DNA from: Candidatus Omnitrophota bacterium
Lineage (GTDB): Bacteria; Omnitrophota; Gorgyraeia; Zapsychrales; JANLHA01
Direction of reading: 5' to 3'
Assembly (NCBI GenBank): GCA_963662715.1
Contig: OY759724.1
Coordinates: forward strand, 1,626,662 to 1,690,661
Length of the DNA: 64,000 bases
The notes below the pieces were generated by a model, which made no database searches, was not told the origin of the DNA, and saw only the letters and a list, made by a program, of their open reading frames with translations. The position numbers were made by a program, and so were the translations under genes. Shown piece by piece: positions 25,986 through 34,028 of this stretch (positions are counted from its first letter, which is position 1; each line of letters opens with the position of its first letter).

Positions 25986-26195
25986 ATGACACCGGAAGCC
26001 ATCAGAAGTTTATGCAAAGCGGCATCTCTGGTTTCGGTTGTGGCAGGAGCATACGGAATGGTCTTGTGCGTGCCGTTTATTGCAAGCCCCCACGTGACAG
26101 TTATTGCGGCGGCCAGCCTGCCCTTTATTGCCGGAGCTGTTTTGATTGCCGGAGGATTGGTGAGCTACACGATGCTCATTCGCAAGGAAGCATGA
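25986..26195 (+). CDS. Small two-TM hydrophobic protein (69 aa)
   Basis: 'LVSVVAGAYGMVLCVPFIA...IAAASLPFIAGAVLIAGGLVSY'. Two hydrophobic helices. Confidence 0.45.
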   Translation: MTPEAIRSLCKAASLVSVVAGAYGMVLCVPFIASPHVTVIAAASLPFIAGAVLIAGGLVSYTMLIRKEA

Positions 26196-26207
26196 GTTTG
26201 ACCCTTA

Positions 26208-26221
26208 GGCGGCGCCGCCTA
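26208..26221. other. Perfect GC palindrome AGGCGGCGCCGCCT
   Basis: Read directly. 14-bp self-complementary element 13 nt after the small TM ORF stop. Confidence 0.3.
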
Positions 26222-26280
26222 TTATAAAAAGATGATATGCTTTTGCGATTGTGCCGCAGGCATAAAAAAGGACGCTCCTC

Positions 26281-27030
26281 ATGAGAAAGAGTCTTATCCC
26301 ATTGCTGCTTGTCGTAATGGTCTTTTATTCCTGTTCTTGCGAAGAAAGGCCTGGCAGAGAAGATCCTGTTGCTTTCCGAGATAACAAACTGACTTTCAAG
26401 CTGGAAAACGTTCCTCTAGCCGAGGAGCCTTTGGAAGAGACGGATTATGCAACAGTCATAAAGAACATTTCTTACGAATTGCTTGAGCCTCAAGACGGTC
26501 ATTTTATAACGGATGAGCAGATAGCCAAAGTTAAACTTGAAGCCAGCGGATTCAAAAGGAAAGAAATCATTTCTTCCCATAACCATCCTTTTATAAGTGC
26601 GCTGACATATTCATTCAATGATCATCGCCCGTTAATCCTCTCCCCGGATATGATATGGCTTTTGATTTGTCAGGGGTTCGGGGAACATGTTAATGCCAAC
26701 GCTGAAGAGCTAAGAGACAGATTTGTCGATCATCCCGGCCAAAAAACACTCGTTGTTAAAAGGCATGATTTTGTTAAAGGTCATGAGGCGAATCCCTGGC
26801 CCGAAGTTTTTCCGTTATTTTCAAAACAAATAAAGAAATACTCTAATAATGATTTGTATGACATCCTGGTTGCAAACTATTCTACAACCACGCAAGCCGA
26901 AAAAACCGCATATGAAATGACATTTATGTACACCAATAAATTTTATTTTGCCTATAGATTCGAAACCTGGTGCGGAATTCCGAGCATTACTTTAGAAGGG
27001 ACGAAAGAGGACTGGGAAAAGATTCTTTAA
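26281..27030 (+). CDS. Putative lipoprotein / secreted protein of unknown function
   Basis: Signal 'MRKSLIPLLLVVMVFYSCSC'. An open frame-2 stretch continues past the stop to 27224. Confidence 0.6.
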   Translation: MRKSLIPLLLVVMVFYSCSCEERPGREDPVAFRDNKLTFKLENVPLAEEPLEETDYATVIKNISYELLEPQDGHFITDEQIAKVKLEASGFKRKEIISSHNHPFISALTYSFNDHRPLILSPDMIWLLICQGFGEHVNANAEELRDRFVDHPGQKTLVVKRHDFVKGHEANPWPEVFPLFSKQIKKYSNNDLYDILVANYSTTTQAEKTAYEMTFMYTNKFYFAYRFETWCGIPSITLEGTKEDWEKIL

Positions 27031-27229
27031 AAGAAAGCTTGAGTTCGGGGATTTTCCGTCCGGCATATATATTGCACCCCTGGAATGGTGTTATTTGGGT
27101 GAGACTTTCGATATGAAATTAGTGGCGGGCTTTGTAGGCATGACCCAGGATAAAGATACCAAAGCCGTACGCCCGGAAATAAACTGGATCATATACGATG
27201 TTACTGATGTTTCGGAAAAATAGTGACCT

Positions 27230-28024
27230 ATGAAATCAAATTTGTCTCATAACGTATTGAAATTGACTCTTCTGTTTTCGGGCGTCTCTACTTTGGGCCT
27301 GTTTATAGCCATGGCGATACATGAATTGGGTCATATCATTGTTGTCCTTTATTACGGGGGGCGGGTGACAAATCTTCATTTGCAGCCGTTTTCCCGTTCT
27401 GTCGTATCGTATTCCGTCCCGGCATCAGCGTCACAGTTATGGATCGCCTCCGGGGGCATTGTTTTCAGCATGATCATGGGCGGACTCGCTTTTTTGCTCG
27501 CACGTAAAATACGGTCTCCATACGGGTTGCCGGTCATTATGACAGGAGTCGCGGCTTTCATCGGGAATGGTTTTTATTTTGTTTTTGGTGCAATCATGTA
27601 CGGCGGCTTCGGTGATCCGGCAAAGTTAATGGCTTCGGGGTGCCCGGCCTATGGCCTTGTGATTTGGGGCGGTGTCCTTTTTATTCTTGGCTGCCTAGCT
27701 TTCCTTGCGAATCTTCCTTTGCTCGGGATCGGTCCGGAAGATTCCTGGGGACGAAGATCTGTCATCTTTGCCGGAGGTATTGCGCCTTATTTGATATGCG
27801 TGATGGTTTATAACGCTGTTTTTGATGAGACGCGCATTCCGCATTATTTTACTTTTATTGTTGGAACTATTTTTATGCTGTTGGCCGGGGCTTTTATGAC
27901 CAGGTTTTTGTCTGAGCGTTTGAGATGGCTCCAAAGACCTGCTGTAAGAGTTTGTTGGAAGCATGCATGGTTTGCTGTATACTTAAGTGTGCTTGTGATT
28001 ACGATAGAGCTGGTTTCTTTTTAG
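27230..28024 (+). CDS. Membrane protein with intramembrane HExxH motif (putative M50/S2P-like or DUF3267-like zinc metalloprotease)
   Basis: 'LFIAMAIHELGHIIVVLYYGG' places HELGH inside a TM helix. 6-7 TM segments. Confidence 0.55.
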   Translation: MKSNLSHNVLKLTLLFSGVSTLGLFIAMAIHELGHIIVVLYYGGRVTNLHLQPFSRSVVSYSVPASASQLWIASGGIVFSMIMGGLAFLLARKIRSPYGLPVIMTGVAAFIGNGFYFVFGAIMYGGFGDPAKLMASGCPAYGLVIWGGVLFILGCLAFLANLPLLGIGPEDSWGRRSVIFAGGIAPYLICVMVYNAVFDETRIPHYFTFIVGTIFMLLAGAFMTRFLSERLRWLQRPAVRVCWKHAWFAVYLSVLVITIELVSF

Positions 28025-28106
28025 CGGAGCCTGCCGTAAAGCCGTCAAACTAAACGAAAGAAAACCGGATGACCGTGTTTATTTCATAATTTTTTAAAAG
28101 TGTTCT

Positions 28107-28817
28107 ATGCAGATTTTATTTTCATTTTTTCTGGCCGTATTGCCGGCTTTGCTTTTAGTCCGGTATTTTTACAAAGCTAATCCGGCCCCCAAAGCCCTGA
28201 TCATTAAGCTGTTTCTTCTGGGGATTATATATACTCTTCCGGTTTATATTTTAGAAGAGATTTTGGCCCGCTTTAATGTGTATACGGAAGGCTCTTTTAT
28301 CCTGTATTATTTTTTTGAAGCCTTTATCGTTGCCGGGCTGTGCGAAGAATACATCAAGTTAAGAGTCGTTAAGAAATACGGATATAATTCCCCGTATCTG
28401 CAGGGAGAAGGCGACGGGATCATCCTTACTGTTGTGGCCAGTATGGGTTTTGCCTGTATGGAAAATATTTTGTATGTTATCAATAATTCCTGGTATATGG
28501 CTTTAGCCCGGGGGTTTACGGCGGTTCCCATGCATGCGATTTGTTCCGGAGTCATGGGATATTATCTGGGGCTCGCCAAACGCGCCCGGATAGCCCAAGA
28601 ACCGCAGACAGAAAAATATCTTATTAATAAAGGATTATGGCAGGCCATTTTAATCCACGGGTTATATGACTTTTTCTTGTTCATTTCTCCTATCCTGGGT
28701 TCAGTTTTTGCGACATTCACCGTTCCCCTTATGCTTTGGTATTATTTTTCCTTGAAAAGAACAATTCATAATGCTGTAGAGGATAGACTGCGGTTTTTTA
28801 AGGAGGGACAGGCATGA
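28107..28817 (+). CDS. CPBP/PrsW-family intramembrane glutamic-type metalloprotease (CAAX-protease-like)
   Basis: Motif 1 'CEEYIKL' (EExxK), motif 2 'GFACMENIL' (FxxxE), motif 3 'IHGLYDFF' (HxxxD). Confidence 0.75.
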   Translation: MQILFSFFLAVLPALLLVRYFYKANPAPKALIIKLFLLGIIYTLPVYILEEILARFNVYTEGSFILYYFFEAFIVAGLCEEYIKLRVVKKYGYNSPYLQGEGDGIILTVVASMGFACMENILYVINNSWYMALARGFTAVPMHAICSGVMGYYLGLAKRARIAQEPQTEKYLINKGLWQAILIHGLYDFFLFISPILGSVFATFTVPLMLWYYFSLKRTIHNAVEDRLRFFKEGQA

Positions 28818-29260
28818 GTTTTATTTATGCTGTTTTTGCTTATCCCGCTGCGCAAATGGCGGCCTTTTTCTGGGGGGCAGAGCTTCAGTGGCTGAAAGGA
28901 GAGGAAATTCGGATATTGATCTCTCCGCAGCCTATTCAAGTCACAGCTTCCTGCAGCGGTTTTGGATTTTTTTCTTTATTTTATATTTATATTGTCTTTT
29001 ATGTGGTACGGTATTGTCAAAGATCCCGGATGTGGGCTGCGGTCCTGATTCCTTTGCCGGCCGTTTATTTAGCTACCGTTGTAACTAACGCAGCCAGGAT
29101 GATTTGCGCTTATCATATTGCCCGTGTCAGCGGGGCCTGGTTGCCGTCTTTTTTTCAGCCCATTATTCATATGGGGGTCGGGGTGGCTTTCTTTCTCGGT
29201 GTTTTTATCGTAAGCACTTTATTGTTGGAGAGAATATTGCCTTATGGAAGACAATCATAA
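28814..29260 (+). CDS. Exosortase/archaeosortase-family protein, minimal catalytic core (148 aa)
   Basis: 'IQVTASCSGFGFF' matches the exosortase catalytic 'aCSG' motif. 'VVTNAARMI' matches the N-x-x-R motif. An Arg lies upstream in 'GEEIRIL'. Its ATG overlaps the TGA stop of the upstream gene (ATGA). Confidence 0.65.
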   Translation: MSFIYAVFAYPAAQMAAFFWGAELQWLKGEEIRILISPQPIQVTASCSGFGFFSLFYIYIVFYVVRYCQRSRMWAAVLIPLPAVYLATVVTNAARMICAYHIARVSGAWLPSFFQPIIHMGVGVAFFLGVFIVSTLLLERILPYGRQS

Positions 29261-32200
29261 AATGACGATCCTGCCGGTCTCTGTGAAGAGCCGCATTCTT
29301 GTCTTTTGGGTTTTTATCCTGCCTCAATTTGTCCTTTTCCTTTTGAATGTTTTTTCGTTCTGGATTATCCGGGAGGACATGGCCGCTTCCCATCTTTACA
29401 AAGTCTTTACGATAGCCGGCTGTGAGATTTTTCTTCTGCTTATCATGTGCGTCCTGTGGATGTCCTGGAAGCGTGCGGGGCTAAATTCCATTCCCTGGAA
29501 ATGGAACTGGTTTTTTCTCCTGATGCATATGGCGTATCTCTGGTACGTGAGCTATGAGATTCCCGCCGTCATTCCTGCGGGAACCGAAGCCTGGATTCTT
29601 GACCGGGGCCAGGTTATTTTATCCCAGTATGCTTTCATGATGCCGGCTTTGTTTTATTCGGCCTTGCGCTTAGCGTGTTTTGAGACGCGTTTAACCCGGG
29701 GGGCGGATATCGGACGCAGCCTCCTGGTTGCGGTCGGCATGCCGATGCTCTGGTATACAGCTATGCTGGGGCTGTCAACCTTTTACCGCTGGACCTGGAT
29801 GTGGTTCCCGACGGCCATCGGAATGGTGTTCTTTGTCGGAAGCAGCGTCATCACACTCATAGCCCTTATCCGCCTAAGCGTTTTGATTTATAGCTGGTAT
29901 CAGGGCCGGGATGCCTGGACTCACAATACCGTTATTGCTCTGGTCGCTTTGGTTGGGCCTTTGGCCGGGTTGCTTTTAAACCGGAACATCCCTTTCCCGG
30001 CTGACTTTCAGTCAGAAATCATTTATGGGCTGGCCGTCGTTAACGGGCTTATCCTGCTTGTCCCTTCGATCTTTAGAATGAAATATCAGCGCGTACGGCT
30101 GTTTTTGCGTGCATGGGCGTATCCTTTTACCCTTTATTTCTTTCTCGTGTTTTTACCTTTTCTCCCTTTATCCCTGCTCGCCATTTGTGCCTTGGGATTG
30201 GGATTCCTTTTTTTGATCCCGGTGCTTTTGTTTTTACTTCATACGAAAATACTTATTGAAGATTATCAGTCCTGCGCGCAGCAAGGTAGCCGTATGACCG
30301 CTGTTGCCCTTATCTTGTCGGCATGCCTTGTTTTGCCCGGTGCTTTTGTCGCTGAGACGCTTTGCGATAAAACCGCCGTAGAGCAGGCTCTCGATTATGT
30401 CTACGCATCTGATTATGAACAACCTCAATGGTATCCCGGGTCTGCAAGAGCTGTTGAGCGGACTTTAATAAAAATGCGGCAGGCTAAAGACGGGGCCCAA
30501 TTGCCGTACCTTTCTGCGCTTTACAACCGGATTGTTTTTCACGGTATGGTTCTGCCTAATTCCAAAATGGAGTATATGTTCCGGCTTTTTACCGGAAAGT
30601 CTTTAAACGATGTTTATGAAAAATCGGCCGGCTGGCGCAGCCGTATCCGAGGGAGAGATGGTGCCATGTCCGCGGGCCGGCGCAGAAGGCCTGAACGGGA
30701 CCGGAATGTTGTTCTTTTTTCAACGACCAAGACCAGCCGGAATGAGGGGGTTTCAACCGTAACGAAAATGGTGTTTTATTTTATAAATATCGGTCATGAT
30801 AATGCGGCGGAATTTTTCAGGGAATGCACGCTTCCCCCGGGCGTTCTGATTACCGATTTTCGTTTGCAGCTTAATAACGAACTGGTGCCGGGGCAAATAT
30901 TCGAACAGAAAACGGCCACATGGGTTTATCATATGATCCGGGACTGGACCCGGCGGGATCCCGGCCTCATTGTCTATAAGTCTCCGCAAGTGTTTGAGCT
31001 CAGCATTTTTCCTTTTCGCACGAGAGAAACCCGCTATGCCGAAATTGAATTTACCTATCCGCGTGATGCGGCACCGGTCATCTATATCGGCAGAAAAGGG
31101 ATTGCTTTGCGTTCCCGGGATGAGGGCCCGCCCAGCCCGCCTGTCCCGTTAACGGGCCAGGACGCTTCAGGGAACAATTATTCGCTGGTTTTCCCCGAAA
31201 TGTTGGAGTCTCTGGCAAAGATTAAAAGAAAGCCTTATTTGCATTTTATTCTGGATTTTTCCCTGGGAGAGGATCCGTCCCAATATGCGCAACAGATGAT
31301 GGATGTTGCCGCTGAGTTCCCGGATATCCATAAGGGGAAAATCAGTGCGGCCAATTTTGAAGTTGAATCTTTGACCCGGGATTTTATAGATTTCAGAAAC
31401 AGCGATTTAATAAAACAACATCTGCAACAGGTCCGGCTCCCGTCCCGCGGGGCTCTGGAGCTTTCCAGAGTTTTTAAGCACGAATTGACGATGTATCAAT
31501 CCCGTCTTGAAAGCGAGGATTTTGCCTCATGGTCCGAGTATCCTGTCTTTGTTGTTTTATCGCAGAAAAAAGATAACGTCATATCCCCGGAAGACATGTC
31601 GTATTTTCAATTCCTGACTCCGGAAAATGACAGTTATTATATCAAAACGCCGGATCAGCCGGCGCAGAAACATCCGCTTTTCCGGGCGGTTCTAGACCCT
31701 TACCTGCCGGAAGATGTGGTTGTCTTCAGGAGAGGCCCTTATGTGTCATTCGCTCCCGGACCGAGATGGGAGAGATGGCAATGGCATGTTCTTATAAACC
31801 AGGGAAAGGGGAAGCAGCAGCCTTTGGAGGTTTATGATCCCAATCAAAAATATTTTGTCCCGATTTTATACGAAAGGATTCCCGGGGGCTCTTTTTACGG
31901 GCAAGCCCTGGGGCTGTACGTGAAGAATTATAAGGACATTCTGAACCCTTCTAAACTTAAGCGGTCGCTGCCGGCACTCGTGCAGCAGAGCAAGTCCTTG
32001 GGGGTTTTGATCCCGGCCACAGCTCATATTATTGTCGAACGCAGTTCCCAGTGGAAAACTCTTCAGTTGAGAGAATTTCAGCGGTTGCATAGTCAGCAGG
32101 GCCTGGAGTTTGAAGAGGACTTTGAAACACCTGCCCCGCCTTTCTGGCTGCTCGCGATAGCGTGCTTTTTGTGGCTCCGGAGCAGACGGGCGGGCGCAAA

Positions 32201-32270
32201 ACATCCCATGATACCCTTCCCGGTTAGCGATTGTTGTTCGTCCTCCACGAAGAAAGCTGAAAAAGAATAG
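29244..32270 (+). CDS. Large polytopic-membrane / VIT-like domain protein with C-terminal PEP-CTERM-like sorting element (putative exosortase target)
   Basis: 1008 aa. Residues ~1-370 hold >=10 TM helices. The soluble region carries 'FRLQLNNELVPGQIFEQKTATWVYHMIRDWTRRDPGLIVYKSPQVFELSIFPFRTRETRYAEIEFTYP'. The C-terminus is 'TPAPPFWLLAIACFLWLRSRRAGAK', a Pro-rich motif, TM helix and Arg cluster. Confidence 0.75.
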   Translation: MEDNHKMTILPVSVKSRILVFWVFILPQFVLFLLNVFSFWIIREDMAASHLYKVFTIAGCEIFLLLIMCVLWMSWKRAGLNSIPWKWNWFFLLMHMAYLWYVSYEIPAVIPAGTEAWILDRGQVILSQYAFMMPALFYSALRLACFETRLTRGADIGRSLLVAVGMPMLWYTAMLGLSTFYRWTWMWFPTAIGMVFFVGSSVITLIALIRLSVLIYSWYQGRDAWTHNTVIALVALVGPLAGLLLNRNIPFPADFQSEIIYGLAVVNGLILLVPSIFRMKYQRVRLFLRAWAYPFTLYFFLVFLPFLPLSLLAICALGLGFLFLIPVLLFLLHTKILIEDYQSCAQQGSRMTAVALILSACLVLPGAFVAETLCDKTAVEQALDYVYASDYEQPQWYPGSARAVERTLIKMRQAKDGAQLPYLSALYNRIVFHGMVLPNSKMEYMFRLFTGKSLNDVYEKSAGWRSRIRGRDGAMSAGRRRRPERDRNVVLFSTTKTSRNEGVSTVTKMVFYFINIGHDNAAEFFRECTLPPGVLITDFRLQLNNELVPGQIFEQKTATWVYHMIRDWTRRDPGLIVYKSPQVFELSIFPFRTRETRYAEIEFTYPRDAAPVIYIGRKGIALRSRDEGPPSPPVPLTGQDASGNNYSLVFPEMLESLAKIKRKPYLHFILDFSLGEDPSQYAQQMMDVAAEFPDIHKGKISAANFEVESLTRDFIDFRNSDLIKQHLQQVRLPSRGALELSRVFKHELTMYQSRLESEDFASWSEYPVFVVLSQKKDNVISPEDMSYFQFLTPENDSYYIKTPDQPAQKHPLFRAVLDPYLPEDVVVFRRGPYVSFAPGPRWERWQWHVLINQGKGKQQPLEVYDPNQKYFVPILYERIPGGSFYGQALGLYVKNYKDILNPSKLKRSLPALVQQSKSLGVLIPATAHIIVERSSQWKTLQLREFQRLHSQQGLEFEEDFETPAPPFWLLAIACFLWLRSRRAGAKHPMIPFPVSDCCSSSTKKAEKE

Positions 32271-32320
32271 CGTGTGGTTTTTCATAGAAAAGTGGTTTTA
32301 TTTCTGTTAAGATAAACGCC

Positions 32321-33091
32321 ATGAACAGATTATTTTTAATCCGCAAAATCATGTTCGTCGGATTTTGTCTGACGTTTTTGCTGGGTTTCTCGGATATTAA
32401 ATTGCAGGATATCGAAACAGCTGTGATTGAAAAAGATTATGAAACGGCCAGGAATCTTGCCCAGACATTCCTCGCCTCCAATCCCGGCCGCGCCCAGAAG
32501 AATGAAGCTTCTTATTATCTGGGGTTAAGTGAATTGTTTTTGGGTGAGCCGGAGAAAGCCAGACAGATATTTGTGAAGATTATTGAAAGTGACCCGGATG
32601 CCCCGCTGAAGGGGAAAGCCTATATCGGCGAAGTTGACGCTTACTTTTTTCTGGAGAAGTACGAGGTCGCTTTGCATAAAGCAGAGGCTTTGCTGAATAA
32701 ACGGGCGGGCCGGGGATTCTCGGGGTTAATCTATCTGAAAATGGCCCGTGCCCATCTGAAGCTTGGCCGTTGGGACGAGGCCCGGAAGTATTTAAATAAA
32801 ATTATCTCTTATGCCCCGGACAGTGTGGAAGCTCACCGGGCAAGGCAGCTTCTCCAGGAGCGGCAGTTTTTTTCCGTGCAGTGCGGTTCCTTCCTGCACC
32901 GTTCTCATGCCGAGAATCTGGTGGAAGAATTGAAAGGCCGGGGGGAATATGCCTATATCGTTGAGACCGTCGATAAAGACGGTACGGGATTTTACCGGGT
33001 GCGGGTCGGTCAATTGTCAACCCTTATTGAGGCCAAAAATTTAAAAAAGAAATTAGCTGATTTAGGTTATCCTGCCTTGATTTATCCTTAG
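32321..33091 (+). CDS. TPR-repeat protein with C-terminal SPOR (peptidoglycan-binding) domain
   Basis: N-terminal TM/signal, then TPR-like helices. The C-terminus 'FSVQCGSFLHRSHAENLVEELKGRGEYAYIVETVDKDGTGFYRVRVGQLSTLIEAKNLKKKLADLGYPALIY' is a SPOR fold signature. Confidence 0.75.
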   Translation: MNRLFLIRKIMFVGFCLTFLLGFSDIKLQDIETAVIEKDYETARNLAQTFLASNPGRAQKNEASYYLGLSELFLGEPEKARQIFVKIIESDPDAPLKGKAYIGEVDAYFFLEKYEVALHKAEALLNKRAGRGFSGLIYLKMARAHLKLGRWDEARKYLNKIISYAPDSVEAHRARQLLQERQFFSVQCGSFLHRSHAENLVEELKGRGEYAYIVETVDKDGTGFYRVRVGQLSTLIEAKNLKKKLADLGYPALIYP

Positions 33092-33092
33092 T

Positions 33093-34016
33093 ATGCATCA
33101 TAATAAAATTATTTTCATCGTCGGCCCGACAGCCGTCGGCAAAACAGAAGTGGCTTTTCGTTTGGCTCAGCAGATGCAGGCGGAAATTGTTTCCTGTGAC
33201 GCTATGCAGGTTTATCGGGAGGTTTCCATCGCCACGAACACCCCTTTGCCGGAGATGCTCCGCTCCGTGCCGCATCATTGTGTTCATGTTGTTGAGCCTT
33301 CCCGGGAATTTGATGTCGCGGCGTATAACGATATGGCGCTGCAGGCTGTCCGGGATATCTTTCAAAGACAGAAGACAGTGGTGATCACTGGCGGCAGCGG
33401 ATTGTATATGCAGGTTTTGCTGGACGGCATTTTTCAGGGAGCGCCCAAAGAACGCTATATCAGGGATGAGTTGTGGCAGAGATTTGAAGCAGAAGGCCGT
33501 GAAGCGCTTATCCGTGAATTAAAGGCCCGGGATCCCATGGCCGCTCAACGCATTCATCCTCATGATACCCGGAGGATTATCCGGGCCCTGGAGGTCTGTT
33601 TGGCGACGGATCAGCCTTTTTCCAAGCTGCAAAAGGAACGGCAAGGGCTTTGGGGAAAATATGAGATAAGTCTTTATGCCTTGACGCGGGAGCGGGAGGA
33701 CTTATATGATCGGATTAACCGGAGGGTTGATCAGATGTTTGAGCAAGGGCTTATGGAGGAGATCGGCCGTCTCCGGCAAAGGTCTTTGAGCCTTACGGCT
33801 CGGCGCATTATCGGTTTCAGGGAGGTTTCGGGGTGTTTGGATCATGAATATGATGAAAGCCGGGCCCGGTATCTTATGAAACTGCATACCCGGCATTATG
33901 CCAAAAGGCAGCTGACCTGGTTTAGAAAAGACAATCGTATTCAATGGATTTTCCTGCGGCGGGATGCGGGGGCGGCAGAGCCGCTGGCGGCCCTTGCCAA
34001 AGCGGAACATTTGTGA
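33093..34016 (+). CDS. miaA: tRNA dimethylallyltransferase (MiaA)
   Basis: P-loop 'IVGPTAVGKTEVAFRLA...EIVSCDAMQVYR'. Confidence 0.9.
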   Translation: MHHNKIIFIVGPTAVGKTEVAFRLAQQMQAEIVSCDAMQVYREVSIATNTPLPEMLRSVPHHCVHVVEPSREFDVAAYNDMALQAVRDIFQRQKTVVITGGSGLYMQVLLDGIFQGAPKERYIRDELWQRFEAEGREALIRELKARDPMAAQRIHPHDTRRIIRALEVCLATDQPFSKLQKERQGLWGKYEISLYALTREREDLYDRINRRVDQMFEQGLMEEIGRLRQRSLSLTARRIIGFREVSGCLDHEYDESRARYLMKLHTRHYAKRQLTWFRKDNRIQWIFLRRDAGAAEPLAALAKAEHL

Positions 34017-34028
34017 ATTTTAAAAGGA

